NCBI GenBank assembly: GCA_964016885.1
Contig: OZ024762.1
Coordinates: 5,270,001-5,334,000 of the forward strand
Length of the DNA: 64,000 nucleotides
Direction: 5' to 3'
Source: Eledone cirrhosa
Taxonomy: Eukaryota
Position 1 is the first letter of the stretch; every line of letters starts with the position of its first letter. Positions 1 to 41,568 of this stretch are shown here, in pieces. The notes under the pieces are model-generated. The model was not told the origin of the DNA and ran no database searches. It saw only the letters and a list, made by a program, of their open reading frames with translations. The translations under genes and the position numbers were made by a program.

Positions 1-229
1 AGACTAATATTTTACTTTTAACAGCATATAATAATTTAGGAAGCCATTCTTGAACAGCCCAATGACTGCATCACATTAAAAATTTAAGCCTTTGCTCTAA
101 TACTACATATTTTGATAAGAATATGTTCACTAGTAAAGATACAATAACCATTTCAAATAATCTTGTTTTTATATAATTTCTTTTAAATCATTAAGAGTTA
201 AAAAACACTTGAGAAACTTATGAGATATC

Positions 230-1220
230 TCTTAGAAGGCCAGCTAAACCTACCTAAGTGTGAGCTGTAACATAAGACTGGAGCCCCTATCAATAAACCT
301 CTTATGAGATACAACCACGTAGAAGGCGAACTAAACCTGCATAAGTGTGAGCTGTAACATGATAGGACTGGAGCCGCTATCATGAAAACACCCAATATAA
401 CCTTGTAGAAGACCAGCTAAACCTACATAGGTGTGATCTATAACATTAGACTAGGGCACTTCATCAGTAAAAGTCAAGAAACCTAAAGGAGGCCAACTAA
501 ACCTACATCAGTATAAGCTGTAACATAAGACTACAACCCCTACCAATAAAACATCCAAGAAACCATCTACGAGATATCTCTTAGAAAGCCAACAAATACT
601 ACCTCATAGGTGGCTAGCTAAAGCTACATGAGTGATAGATGTAGCAGCATAGGAGGCCAGCTAAAGCTACATGAGTGTGAGATGTAGCCACATAAGTGAC
701 CAGCTAAAGCTACATGAGTGTGAGATGTGGCAACATAGGTGACCAGCTAAAGCTACATGGGTGTGAGATGTAGCAATATAAGTGACCGGCTAAAGCTACA
801 TGGGTGTGAGCTGTAACAGGAGGCCAGTTAAAGCTACATGGGTGTGAGATGTAGCAATATAGGTGACCAGCTAAAGCTACATGAGTGTGATCTGTAACAT
901 AGGAGGCCAGGTAAAGCTACATGGGTGTGAGCTGTAACATAGGTGGCCAGGTAAAGCTACATGGGTGTGAGCTGTAACAATAGGTGGCCAGGTAAAGCTA
1001 CATGGGTGTGAGATGTAACAACAGGTGGCCAGGTAAAGCTACATGGGTGTGAGCTGTAACATAGGAGGCCAGGTAAAGCTACATGGGTGTGAGATGTAAC
1101 AACAGGTGGCCAGGTAAAGCTACATGGGTGTGAGCTGTAACATAGGTGGCCAGGTAAAGCTACATGTGAGCTACAGCAACATAGGTCACCAGGTAAAGTT
1201 ACATGAATGTAAGCTGTAAA
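230..1220. repeat. Tandem array; about 100-bp units grading into about 41-bp units (ggccagctaaagctacatgggtgtgagctgtaacata)
   Basis: Direct reading; same family recurs at 23370-24690 and 34560-35010. Confidence 0.85.
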
Positions 1221-2064
1221 TTAAATTTCATTTTTTTATCATTTTATCACCCCCCTCCCGCCCACTTCCCAAAATACACAAAGAAATAAAAACAGCAAAA
1301 CAAAACAAAAAACACCTTTTGTTTAATTTATACTTTAATAAAAAATTTAATGTTTTTATGTCAAATATTTAGATTTTTTATCATTTTTCACCCCACCCCC
1401 CTTCCCATCCATTTTTTTTATTTTGCATTTGTTTTTTTAATTTTTGTCGAGTTTTTTTTAAAGTTTTTTGCCATTTTTCTCTATTTTCAAGGTAAACTTT
1501 TCTAATTTGCTTTACCTTTAATTTTTTCATGGGACTTATTTTTTTTGTTTATATATATATAATATATTATACATTGTATATTTATATATATATATGTAAT
1601 ATATATAATAATATTTATATATATATGTGTGTGTATATACATATATATGCATAATTTTTGTACATATATGTATATATAATTATTTTTTATATATATATGT
1701 ATATATATATTCAATATTTCATATTTGGTTTTATTTTCTCAATATTATAAATTAGTAAAAAAAAAATACTTCAAAATACTGTTTTTGTTTTTCTTTTATA
1801 TTATTTTTAGCTGTTTTGTCTGTGTGTGTGTCTGTTTGTCTTATGTTTGTACTGATCCCTGCAGTTCCGTTTGGTTCATTTATTTTATTATTATTATCAT
1901 TTTCTCCTCATCCCAGTTTCATGTACCCCTACCTCACGCCACTTACTGTACCCTATCTTTGTAATGTCCCCCTCAATCTTCACTGTTGCACTTGTGGCAA
2001 GTAAAAAAAAATCATCATCATCATCATCATCGTCATCGTTGTTGTTAATATTCAACAAACCCTT

Positions 2065-2830
2065 TAGAGCGAAACAAAAACAGGCATGGAAAGAAAAGGC
2101 TCTTCATGGCAAATTTCCAGCTACCATTAAAGACATTGCTGACCCTAGGTCTTGGTTTTGGCTTAGGTCAGGTTGGGTTAAAAAGAGCACAGAGTCTATT
2201 ATTACTGCCATACAAGACCAGGCACTCAGAACCTATTGAATGAAAGCTAACATCGATAGACAAAATTGCTCCCCACTCTGCAGAGTGAGCCATGAAGCAG
2301 ATGAATCTGTGGCACACATTGCTAGTGGATGTGAGCAATTAGCAAAAAGACGTTATAAAATCTGGCATGATATAGCAACAAGAGTCCATTGGGAGTTGTG
2401 TGAAAAATACAACATAGAAACACGACAGTGGTATGACCATACTCCTCTTGAATCTTGCCTATCAGTGAGGGAGTAGAGTTATTTTAGGACCTTGAGATCA
2501 AGACCACACACTAAATCCAATACAACCTCCATGATATTGTTGTAAAAACTCCCTCCATAATGAACTCTCATTGATATTGTGATCCCTCAAAACTACAAAT
2601 ATGGCTGAAAAAGAAATGGAAAAGATCAATAAGTATATAGACCTTGCAGGCACTATAAGAACTGATCACCATGTAGGGACAGAAGTCATGCCAATCGGGG
2701 GCGCTAGGAACAGTCCCTAAACATCTTATGTCTTTCATCAAAAGCCTTGGGATTCCCGACTTCATAGGCAATGCCCAAATTTCTACCATCACCAGCACTG
2801 CCAGAATCCTACATGATATACTGAGCCTCT
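2065..2830 (+). mobile_element. Decayed 3' end of a restriction-like-endonuclease non-LTR retrotransposon (R4/Dong/NeSL-like)
   Basis: WKEKALHGKF..SWFWLRSG..TESIITAIQDQALRT, degenerate CCHC knuckle CRVSHEADESVAHIASGC, KINKY-like motif; stops and frameshifts. Confidence 0.75.
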
Positions 2831-3449
2831 GATATCAGGGACTGCTCTGAGGCCATTTAACACTCTTCTATCAACAGATTGCTAGAGAAACCTTACAAAT
2901 GGGGTCGGGGGGATATTATTATCACCATTCCCCTCTTGCAGAATTTTGTTATAATTTTGTTACCTTTTTTTCTTTTGTTTTTTAATGACTTATCCTCACC
3001 CACCCCCCAAAAAATTGCTGGCTTTGTGCCCAAATTAGAAACCATTGTTACAGTTAGTTTTATGATGATGATGAATGACTATGGTACATTACATGTGGAG
3101 GAGACAGAATGTTAAGAATATAACTAATTATATTTGTAACAATTGGACGGTGGTGGAGGGGGGGGGGAGATATGAACAAAGAAGAGATCCGTGCCCTTAC
3201 ACGCATACACACACATGGATACAAACACACACACACACACATATATATATTATATATATACTCACTTAAACAAAAACATGCACACAGAAGTATATACACA
3301 TGCACATGTAATTTCATATATACACACACATATATGCACACAGCCACATATATATATATATTATATATAACATATATACATACATACATTCTTTCACTCA
3401 CATGTATACATGTAAACTCACATATACATATTCACACACTCACACACAT

Positions 3450-3506
<57 letters not shown>

Positions 3507-4095
3507 TTAAACTCTTAGTTGTTAGTATTACTATTAAAACCGGTGGGTGTATAAACTAAAGCCAACACATCTCTATTACACTTCACTGGTACTTTATTTC
3601 TTTGACCACACCTTGTCAGTCAGGATGAAGGGCAAAGTTGACCTTGGCAACAATAGTAATAATTCCTTCTAACATTGGCAAAAGGCCAGCAATTTGGGGG
3701 GGAAGGGGATGGGAGTGATGGTAAGTCAATTATATCGACCCTCCCCTCCCCTCCCCAGTACTTTATTGTAAGAATTAAAGGCAAAATTGATCTCAGCAGA
3801 AGAAGAAACACCTTAAAGTACTTTTTTCTTCTGACGCCGTAATGACTCTGCCAAAATCCACCACCATTTATTAACCCTAATAATAATAATAATAATCACT
3901 ATCATTAGCGCAAAACTGACTTCAGCAGGATTTGGGCTCAGAAAGTAAAGAGCCGGAAAAAATACATTAAAGTATTTTTTCCTGATGCCATAATGACACT
4001 TAAAATCCACCGCCCTCTACTAACCCTAATAACAATAATAATCACTATCATTATCATGTTTCAATTTGTTAAGAGGTTCATCTCCTAGGCATGTG

Positions 4096-30576
<26,481 letters not shown>

Positions 30577-31266
30577 CTGCAACACAAAAAATATATACAT
30601 TAACACATACTTAACTCTTTCAATGTTGATTTTTATTTTAAATAATAGTCTGGTTTTAATTAAAAATTGTTTATTTTAAAACTCTTCAATACAGATAATA
30701 TATATTATAACCTTTTAGCATTTAAACCGGCCGTATCCAGCCAGAATTCTCTCACCTTTTTCTATTCAAACTGATCATAACCGGCCACTCATACTGATGT
30801 TAAGGTATTGTTCTCAAAATCAATATCAAAACCTCATAGATTCGACATTATGTGAAATATTATATGAGGTAAAGCCTCTACCATGAAAATACAATAGTAT
30901 ATATAGAGTAATGTAAATGTTATGTGAGGTAAAGCCTCTACCATGAAAATACAATAGTATATATAGAATAATGTAAATGGTAAAGAGTTAACACATACTT
31001 TATTTCTTTCAATATTGGTTTTTTAGTTTCAAACTAACTATTTTCAATTAAAACCAAACTAATTTCTTTTCATTAAATTAAACTAGTAATATGTACATTA
31101 AATTAAACTGCTGAGGTTGACTTTGCCTTTCATCCTTACGGGGTCGATAAAATAAAGTACCAGTAATGCACTGGGTAATTGCTGGCCTTGTGCCTAAAGT
31201 AGAAACAATTAAATTAAGTAATATGTACTTTTATGTACATTGTTGTTGTTGAAAATATGCACATGG

Positions 31267-31485
31267 AACACTTTTGTCCTGACACTAAAATTGGGACACT
31301 TTTGTCATGACGCTAAAATTGGGACACTTTTGTCCTGACACTAAAATTGGGACACTTTTGTCCCGACACTAAAATTGGGACACTTTTGTCCTGACACTAA
31401 AATTGGGACACTTTTGTCCTGACACTAAAATTGGGACACTTTTGTCCTGACGCTAAAATTGGGACACTTTTGTCATGACGCTAAT
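31267..31485. repeat. 28-bp minisatellite (acacttttgtcctgacactaaaattggg), about 8 copies
   Basis: Direct reading. Confidence 0.9.
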
Positions 31486-32020
31486 ATAAAGTAGGACAAC
31501 TTCATACCAGTAATATCCATATTACTTAATATGATTAGCAATAAAAATAAAATAGATAGATAGGTAGGTCGATAGATAGGTAGGTCGATAGATAGGTAGG
31601 TCGATAGATAGGTAGGTCGATAAATAGGTACACATAGATAGAGAGACAATTTGGTCCCAGCACTATATCAAATTGGGACAAGTTTATCCTGGTAATATCC
31701 AAAGTTTATCCTGGTAATATCCAGGGAGCCCTGAATTTTTCACATAATTGACCTCTTCAGGGAATCATCAACCCTTTCATGTACAGACTGTGTCTGTACA
31801 TGTATGTGTGTGACTGTGTGTGTGTGTATGAGACTGTGTGTGTGACTGTATGAGAATACCACACACAATGGCACCACACACTATGGCACCACACACTATG
31901 GCACCACACACTATGGCACCACACACTATGGCACCACACACAATGGCACCACACACAATGGCACCACACACTATGGCACTACACACTATGGCACCAACCC
32001 CTGGAACATAAAATGACACC

Positions 32021-32060
<40 letters not shown>

Positions 32061-32747
32061 TATGTGTGTCATTGAGTGTTATATATGTCATTGGCACTTT
32101 TCTACCAGACCACCACCACCACCACCACTACCCCACTGTCATCAATACCACCACCACTACCCCCCCCCCCGTCATCTAAGTGTAAAGTAAAATAGCCCCC
32201 CCTCCCCCTGGGGTGTGGGTGAAAGGTACAAACATTAAAATGTACAAGAAGATTAGAAATAATAATACATTTATATCTGAACACTTTAATCCATTTTAAT
32301 CCAAGTATAAGCTAATGTCTTGTCAGCCTACTTATCATCACCACTATCATTGTCATCACGGTCATTGCCTTCACCCCTCACTCACCACTACCACCACCAC
32401 CATCACCACCATTACTCCTCTTGGTCTACAACACTACTGGGTGCCATCTGCACTACTACCAACTACCCCTAGGACCACCACCATCATCCACATCAATGAA
32501 TTTTTCTTTCTCCAAATTTATTGGCCTTGTACCTAAATTAGAAACCAGGTTGGCAGTATCGGTAGGGAGTATGCCATGCTTTGAAGCACAGAGTTACGGC
32601 CCTTGCCATTCTGAGTTGAAATCCTGCCGAGGTTAACTTTGCCTTTCATCCTTACGGGGTCGATAAAATAAAGTACCAGTAATACACTGGGATAATTGCT
32701 GGCCTTGTGCCAAAAGTAGAAACAATTATTATTATTGTTATTTAAAA

Positions 32748-33760
32748 TCTGGGAGATAATGGTTAGCTGTTGTGAGGGTCAAATTGCCTGGTTTAGATGG
32801 TCTGGGAGATGATGGTTAGCTGTTGTGAGGGTCAAATTGCCTGGTTTAGATGGTCTGGGAGATGATGGTTAGCTGTTGTGAAGGTCAAATTGCCTGGTTT
32901 AGATGATGGTTAGCTGTGTGAGGGTCAAATTGCCTGGTTTAAATGGTCTGGGAGATGATGGTTAGCTGTTGTGAGGGTCAAATTGCCTGGTTTAGATGAT
33001 GGTTAGCTGTGTGAGGGTCAAATTGCCTGGTTTAAATGGTCTGGGAGATGATGGTTAGCTGTTGTGAGGGTCAAATTGCCTGGTTTAGATGGTCTGGGAG
33101 ATGATGGTTAGCTGTTGTGAAGGTCAAATTGCCTGGTTTAGATGATGGTTAGCTGTGTGAGGGTCAAATTGCCTGGTTTAAATGGTCTGGGAGATGATGG
33201 TTAGCTGTTGTGAGGGTCAAATTGCCTGGTTTAGATGGTCTGGGAGATGATGGTTAGCTGTTGTGAGGGTCAAATTGCCTGGTTTAGATGGTCTGGGAGA
33301 TGATGGTTAGCTGTTGTGAAGGTCAAATTGCCTGGTTTAGATGATGGTTAGCTGTGTGAGGGTCAAATTGCCTGGTTTAAATGGTCTGGGAGATGATGGT
33401 TAGCTGTTGTGAGGGTCAAATTGCCTGGTTTAGATGGTCTGGGAGATGATGGTTAGCTGTTGTGAGGGTCAAATTGCCTGGTTTAGATGGTCTGGGAGAT
33501 GATGGTTAGCTGTTGTGAAGGTCAAATTGCCTGGTTTAGATGATGGTTAGCTGTGTGAGGGTCAAATTGCCTGGTTTAGATGGTCTGGGAGATGATGGTT
33601 AGCTGTTGTGAAGGTCAAATTGCCTGGTTTAGATGATGGTTAGCTGTATGAGGGTCAAATTGCCTGGTTTAGATGATGGTTAGCTGTATGAGGGTCAAAT
33701 TGCCTGGTTTAGATGATGGTTAGCTGTGTGAGGGTCACATTGCCTGGTTTAGATGGTCTG
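32748..33760. repeat. Minisatellite with 53-bp and about 42-bp unit variants
   Basis: gggagatgatggttagctgttgtgagggtcaaattgcctggtttagatggtct, about 20 units. Confidence 0.92.
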
Positions 33761-34559
33761 CACTATGAGCCTTGTGTTTTTATACCAGACATACTCGAAG
33801 ACTTCTTTGCTGATGTCTACCCCAACTGGCAGCAGATCATGAAAATTCCTGTCTCTCTGAAAGGATCTGAACAAGAATGGGTTAGAAGTGTTGTTCTACT
33901 GTGAAACAAGTCAGATCAGGTGACTGTATCTTACTCATACAGAACAGTTTTGGGCTTGGTTTCTACAGATAGATGCCTTTCCTAATGCCAACCATGTTAC
34001 AGAGTGGACTGGGTGCTTTTTATTGTAGCACCAAAATATCCAACTGACAGGTTAGAATGGACACTTTTTGTCATGTTACCAACACAACCACTTTACATGG
34101 TGGACTGGGCACTTTTTGTTGTGTCCCCAACATCACCACTCTACACAGACACAGCAATAAACTAGGTATGTATGTAGGAAATAACTAGAATCAATGAGAC
34201 AACTACCATGTAAATGTCTTGATTTGTTAGAAATAGCAGCCAAATTCCCTTCAAATCACAAATTCCCAGAGGTGTGGTAAGTGTGTGGGAGGTAGCAGTT
34301 GTCCACAGGATGGGGTGGGTGGAGTTTCAGTTATGATGGCATGCAACATTTCTTTTGACTTGTGCCTGTTAACCCTTATTTTACCACATTTCTAATGAAA
34401 GACACTGACTATGGTTTTCAAATATGTTTGAAAATAATCAAGAATTTATATAATATATATAAAGATTTCTTAATAACGATTTTTAACATGAAACTGAAAT
34501 GAAATAAAATTTATATAATATAATGAAAATGAATGTGTACAGTGCTTAGATGGACTACA

Positions 34560-35010
34560 ACTCATCACCTTGTAGGTCAGCTAAACCTACAAAGGTATGA
34601 GCTGTAAAAATACAATAGGACTGGGGGCCCAATCATTAAAACACCCAAGAAACCTCCTATGAGATACAACCTTGTAAGTCAGCTAAACCTATATAGGTGT
34701 GAGCTGTAACAACAACATGATAGGACAGGGGTTCCTATCATTAAAACACCCAAGAAACCTCCTATGAGATACAACCGTGTAGGTCAGCTAAACCTATATA
34801 GGTGTGAGCTGTAACAACAACATGATAGGACAGGGGTTCCTATCATTAAAACACCCAAGAAACCTCCTATGAGATACAACCTTGTAAGTCAGCTAAACCT
34901 ATATAGGTGTGAGCTGTAACAACAACATGATAGGACTGGGGTTCCTATCATTAAAACACCCAAGAAACCTCCTTTAAAATACCTTGTCGGAGGCCAACTA
35001 AATACGTCCA
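34560..35010. repeat. 105-bp unit x3-4, same family as 230-1220
   Basis: agctaaacctatataggtgt at 34681, 34786 and 34891. Confidence 0.88.
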
Positions 35011-35319
35011 AGTAATAACATTTACTTTTTTCCAAACAGGAATGGGGTGTATGACTGTTAGAAGGGGACACACACTGTAGGGCTATCCTGGAGCTTTAAA
35101 TACCCAGATGCTGACTTTGACGGAAATGAGATTAAGTGATCCTCCTACACATTGGTACCTATTTACAGGCCAGGTGGACTGGGGTCACTACACTATGTCA
35201 TGTATAAATAAATACAGCCCCTCTCTTTGCCTCCCACCAAATATTAATTACAACAGAGTCATCCGGTGTAGATTCTATATATAAGCCTTTTAAAATTATA
35301 CACCACCATCACCTCCACA

Positions 35320-35670
35320 GCTACCAATGATGATGATGGTGATGATGTTGGTGATGGTGGTGATGGTGGTGGTGGTAGTGGTGGTGGTGGTGATGGTGGT
35401 GGTGATAGTGATGGTGATGGTGGTGGTGGTGATGGTGGTGACGGTGGTGACGGTAGTGATAATGGTGATGAAGGTGACGTTGGTGATGGTGGTGATGGTG
35501 GTGATAATGGTGATGGTGGTGTTGGTGATAGTGGTGGTGGTGATGATGATGGTGGTGAGGGTGATGATGGTGATGGTGGTGGTGTTGGTGATGGTGGTGA
35601 TAATGGTAATGCTGGTGATGGTGGTGATGATGGTGATGGTGGTGATGATGGTGATGGTGGTGATGATAAT
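35320..35670. repeat. (GGT/GAT)n triplet repeat
   Basis: Direct reading. Confidence 0.9.
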
Positions 35671-35786
35671 TTCTTTATTGGCCACAAGGGCCTACATATA
35701 GGGGACAATAATGAATTTTTCAATTTCGGCACAAGGCCAGCAATGTGAAGGGAGTGGAAGTCGATTATATATACAGGAGTACTTGA

Positions 35787-36177
35787 CAATCATCATCATC
35801 GTTTTACGTCTGTTCTTCCACGCTAGCATGGGTTAGACGGGTTGTCCTGTTGTGGGCAGTGTCCGGTCAGCTCACCATGCCTTGCTCATACGGGAACTGA
35901 TTCTGGCTTGATTTCTACAGCTGGATGCCCTTCCTAACACCAACCTGATTTACAGTGAGTGCTGGGTGCTTTTTTGCCGTGGCACCTCCACGACCACTTT
36001 GCAGTGGAATGATAGGGACCCCAGTCCCTATCATCTCATTTCTACAGCTGAGTAAACTGGAGCAATGTGAAATAAAGTGTCTTGCTCAAGGAAACAACAC
36101 ATCACCCGGTCTGAGAATTGAACTCACAACCTTTCGATTGCAAAGCCAATACTCTAACCACTACGCCATGTGCCTCC
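35787..36177 (-). mobile_element. SINE family A, long-tail form
   Basis: Reverse complement of the 9951 copy including the extended tail. Confidence 0.88.
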
Positions 36178-37035
36178 ACAGAATAATAATAGTAATGATA
36201 AATGTTTCTACTTTAGGCACAAGGCCAGCAATTACCCCAGTGCATTACTGGTACTTTATTTTATCGACCCCCCGTAAGGATGAAAGGCAAAGTTAACCTC
36301 GTCGGGATTTGAACTCAGAATGGCAAGGGCCGTAACTCTATGCGTCAAAGCATGGCGTCCGACCCTCTACCAATACTGCCAATCCACCACCTTTCATAGA
36401 ATAATAATAGTAATGATAATGATGACAATAATGATGATGGTATCGACAATGATGATGATGAAGGAAATAATAATTATAATAATTATAATAATTATAATAA
36501 TTATAATAATTATACTAGACAAGAAATAGAGCTTCGAGGTAGGAGATTGTCCTAACTAACCCCTCTCTCTAGGTGGTGGTTTATTATTAGAGTAAATTAA
36601 CCACAAGGTTTCTTGGGGGAGGGGTAAAGACAGGATATATATATAGTGTGTCTATGTTTGTGTATAAATATATACACACACATATACATACATAAATACA
36701 CACACATATATATACACATATATACATACATAAATACACATACATATATACACACACATATATACACATACATATATATACATACACATATACACATACA
36801 TATATATACATACACATATATACACATACATAAATACACACATATATACATACACATAAATACATACACATAAATACACACATATATACATACATAAATA
36901 CACACATACACACATATATAAATACACATAAATACACACACATACATACATATATAAATATAGTTTACTCTATCTTCTATTTAAAGTATAGTCTATTTCC
37001 ATTAAATATATATATATATATATATACAGAGAGGC

Positions 37036-38023
37036 AGGGGGAGAAAAGAGAGAGAAAGGGGAGAGAGAAAGGGGAGAGAGAAAGGGGAGAGAGAAAGGAG
37101 AGAGAGAAAGGGGAGAGAGAGAAAGGGGAGAGAAAGAGGAGAGAGAGAAAGGGGAGAGAAAGGGGAGAGAGAGAAAGGGGAGAGAAAGGGGAGAGAAAGG
37201 GGAGAGAGAGAAAGGGGAGAGAGAAAGGGGAGAGAGAGGAGAGAGAAAGGGGAGAGAGAGGAGAGAGAAAGGGGAGAGAGAAAGGGGAGAGAGAAAGGAG
37301 AGAGAAAGGGGAGAGAGAAAGGGGAGAGAGAAAGGGGAGAGAGAAAGGGGAGAGAGAAAGGGGAGAGAGGAGAGAGAGAAAGGGGAGAGAGAAAGGGGAG
37401 AGAGGAGAGAGAAAGGGGAGAGAGAAAGGAGAGAGAAAGGGGAGAGAGAAAGGGGAGAGAGAAAGGGGAGAGAGAAAGGGGAGAGAGGAGAGAGAGAAAG
37501 GGGAGAGAGAAAGGGGAGAGAGGAGAGAGAAAGGGGAGAGAGAAAGGGGAGAGAGAAAGGAGAGAGAAAGGAGAGAGAAAGGAGAGAGAAAGGGGAGAGA
37601 AAGGGGAGAGAAAGGGGAGAGAGAAAGGAGAGAGAAAGGGGAGAGAGAAAGGGGAGAGAGAAAGGGGAGAGAGGAGAGAGAGAAAGGGGAGAGAGAAAGG
37701 GGAGAGAGAAAGGGGAGAGAGGAGAGAGAGAAAGGGGAGAGAGGAGAGAGAGAAAGGGGAGAGAGAAAGGGGAGAGAGGAGAGAGAAAGGGGAGAGAGAA
37801 AGGGGAGAGAGAAAGGAGAGAGAAAGGAGAGAGAAAGGAGAGAGAAAGGAGAGAGAAAGGGGAGAGAAAGGGGAGAGAGAGAAAGGGGAGAGAGAAAGGG
37901 GAGAGAAAGGGGAGAGAGAGAAAGGGGAGAGAAAGGGGAGAGAAAGGGGAGAGAGAGAAAGGGGAGAGAAAGGGGAGAGAGAGAAAGGGGAGAGAGAGGA
38001 GAGAGAAAGGAAAGAGAGAGAGA
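37036..38023. repeat. About 1-kb pure polypurine tract (aaggggagagag variants)
   Basis: No pyrimidine seen on the plus strand across the tract. Confidence 0.92.
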
Positions 38024-38866
38024 GTACATTAAATGTAAGATATAAATATGTAAAGTATATGTAAAAGTAAGGTAAGTAGGTGTAAATGGTGGGAGTGAGA
38101 AGAGCAGTTCCACCAACCCACTCCTCCAGCCAGCAATAGGTGAGTGGAGGTAGGGCTGGGAGGGAATGAAGGTGAAGATGTATTGTAATTACAGGTGTGT
38201 TGTTTTCTTTCATAAATTGCATGTAGTTAAAGCAGGAAAACGGGGTAGTCCCTTGCCTGGTCCTTAAAACAAGTCCTGTTGAATAGGGACATAGTGGGGC
38301 CTGAGTTAAGACAGGGAGGGGAGATGGGGGGAAAAGAAGTGAGAGAGGGATGTACGGAGGGGGAGGGGAATGGGGATAGGAGGGTGGAGAGAGAGAGTAG
38401 GAAGGAGGGTGGGAGAAAGGGAGTGGGAAGGAGGGTGGAGAGGGAGTGGGAAGGAGGGTGGAGAGAGAGAGTAGGAAGGAGGGTGGGAGAAAGGGAGTGG
38501 GAAGGAGGGTGGAGAGGGAGTGGGAAGGAGGGTGAAGTGAGAGAAAGACTATTCCAATAAGGCGGAAGTATAAGTATTGTTAATCAAATATATATATATA
38601 TATATATAAGTAAATGGAAACTATATTTATAAAACCATATTTATTTCGTTATATCATATTAACAATATGTTATGCCTTCTTCAGACAAAATACAATATAA
38701 ACAGTCTTATAAATAAATAGATATGACATACCTTTCAATCACCTTGCATTTGGGAGGTTGATTTGGCATTTATTTAATATCATAAATATACTCCAAATAC
38801 TTGTTGAGTGCTTTTATATCAGTTATAAATATTTACTCGTTAACCCAACAATTTAAATATAACTTT

Positions 38867-38939
<73 letters not shown>

Positions 38940-38980
38940 TATATGTGTGAATGTGTACATGTATGTGTATATGTGTACAT

Positions 38981-39015
<35 letters not shown>

Positions 39016-40202
39016 AGTGCTTGTATACACACACATTTACACACATGCATGCATATATATACACACACATGCATACACACACATATATACATATATGTAT
39101 ACACATATACATACACATATATACATACAAATATGTATACACACACACACACACACATGTACACATACAAATATGTATACACACACATATACATGTACAC
39201 ATATATACATACAAATATGTATACACACACAGATATACATGTACACACACACACAAACATATACACATGTATATATATAGTTACGGTGTTACCCATTAAA
39301 TGATTAGTAAGACTGTTATTCAACTTGGTACTTAAATAAAAGTAGGGTGTAGATATGATACGCTAATACATCACCCCTTCAGCTTCATATAACATTCGTT
39401 CCCCATGCTTACATGGGTTGGACAGGTCTGTAAAGATTTAGTCAGTGCAGAAGAGGTGTTTACTGTCCTCCAATATAATAATTGTTTTTACTTTTGGCAC
39501 AAGGCCAGCAATTACCCCAGTGCGTTACTGGTAGTTTATTTTTTTCAACCCTGTAAGGATGAAAGGCAAACCTAACCATGATGGGATTTGAACTCAGAGC
39601 ATAAAGGGCCATAACTCTATGCTGCAAAGCATGGTGTCTGACACTTTACCAATTCTACCAATCTTCCGAAATAAGGTTAACCCATTACTCTATATATACT
39701 ATTATATTTTCATGGTAAAGGCTTTACCTCACATAATTATCTCACATAATATTGAATCTATGAGATTTTGAAAGTATTTATTTTGAGAACAATACCTTAA
39801 CATCAGTTTGAGTGACCAGTTACAGCCAGAGAATTCTGACCGGTTTGAACATTAAAGGGTTAATATAGCTAGTTTGTGGTTTATAGTTTTGAGGTTCAAA
39901 TCTCAGCTCGATAAATAACATTTAACTCTTTTGGGACTATATTTCTAATAGAGTACACAATATGTTTGGCATTAGGAAAGGCATCCAGCTGTAGAAATGA
40001 AGCCAAAATCAGTCCTGTAAAAGTATAACATGCTCACCTGACCTAGTAATGCCGCCCACAACAGGATAACTCGTCTAACCCATGCTAGCATGGAAAAATG
40101 GACGTAAAACGATGATGATATTTCATTTAATTAATGAAGAATTTAGAGCGCTATCCTAAAATGATCAATCATTTCCTCAATAAAATGTTATTTGTAACTT
40201 AG

Positions 40203-41026
40203 TGAAGATATGTGGCCCAGTGGTTAGTGAACTATCATAATGTCTTGAGTTTGATTGCTGGATCAAGTTGTGTGTTTTGTTCTTGAGCAAAATACTTCAT
40301 TTCACATGGCTCCACTATACCTAGCTGAAAATGAGTTCCAGCAGTAACTGGAGGTCTAACCCGTGATGAACTGACATCCTGTCCAGGGTGATTTTGCACT
40401 CTCACACACTTAACTTCATGGAAACTGGGATAAGCACTGGCCTGGTGTACCTCTGGGATTCAAACAGACTTTAACCCTGCAATGGACTGGCATCCTGTCC
40501 AGGAGGAGTGTTTCGTACTCTCAGTTGTTTAATGCTGTAGAAACCAGGATAATCACCAGCTTTGCCTCTGGGTTTTAGACAGACTAACCCTGCGATGGAT
40601 TGGTGTCCTGTCTAGGGAAAGTCTTGTATTCTCAGTCACTTAGCGCCAAGGAAACTGATATAAGCACTAGTCTAGAAACAGACTTTAATCCTGCGATGGA
40701 CTGGCATCCTGTTTTGTAATCTCAGTCACTAATAAGCTTCTGGACTGGCATCCTGTCTTGTAATCTCAGTCACTAATAAGCTTCTGGACTGGCATCCTGT
40801 CTTGTACTCTCAGTCACTAATAAGCTTCTGGACTGGCATCCTGTCTTGTACTCTCAGTCACTAATAAGCTTCTGGACTGGCATCCTGTCTTGTACTCTCA
40901 GTCACTAATAAGCTTCTGGACTGGCATCCTGTCTTGTACTCTCAGTCACTAATAAGCTTCTGGACTGGCATCCTGTCTTGTACTCTCAGTCACTAATAAG
41001 CTTCTGGACTGGCATCCTGTCTTGTA
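40203..41026 (+). mobile_element. SINE family D whose tail expands into a 44-bp tandem array
   Basis: Head at 40203, repeated about 115-bp tail modules, then tggactggcatcctgtcttgtactctcagtcactaataagcttc x about 7. Confidence 0.78.
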
Positions 41027-41568
41027 ACAATTTCACATAAAATTATGTCAGAAGATTTTAATTTAATCACCCAGTTGCTGACAATGGTAAGTGATAGAAT
41101 TAGTTCTTTACAACTGTTTTTCCATGGTTTCACAGGATGGATGAAGCTTAGAGATTATAGGAGTTTCATGGGCATTAAAGCCACTGAGAGTACAACACTT
41201 TCCAGGATAGTATGCCAGTCCCTGGCAAGGTTAATTCAGCAGTTGCTGTTGTTGGTTCTCATTTTCAGTTGAATTAACTGGAGAAATATGAAATGAAGTG
41301 ACTTAGTCAAGGACACAATACATCACTCAGCCTGGGACTTAAACCCATGACCTTATGATTGTGAGACCAACAATTTAATCACAAGGCCATGGTGGCAATA
41401 CCAGAATTAATTTGTGCCAAGAATTTATGGCTTTTTCAATCTTTAACCCTTTTGTGACCTTATTTCTAATGAAATCCACTTTATTTCAATTAATTAATGA
41501 AGAATTTTGAGGGATTTACTAAAATTATTATTTCATTACTAAATAACTTAAATAGTTTTTATATATAA

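Noticed and set aside
36977-38222. 379-406 aa L/S/P/F ORFs
   Set aside because: A pure pyrimidine strand cannot contain stop codons; compositional artefact
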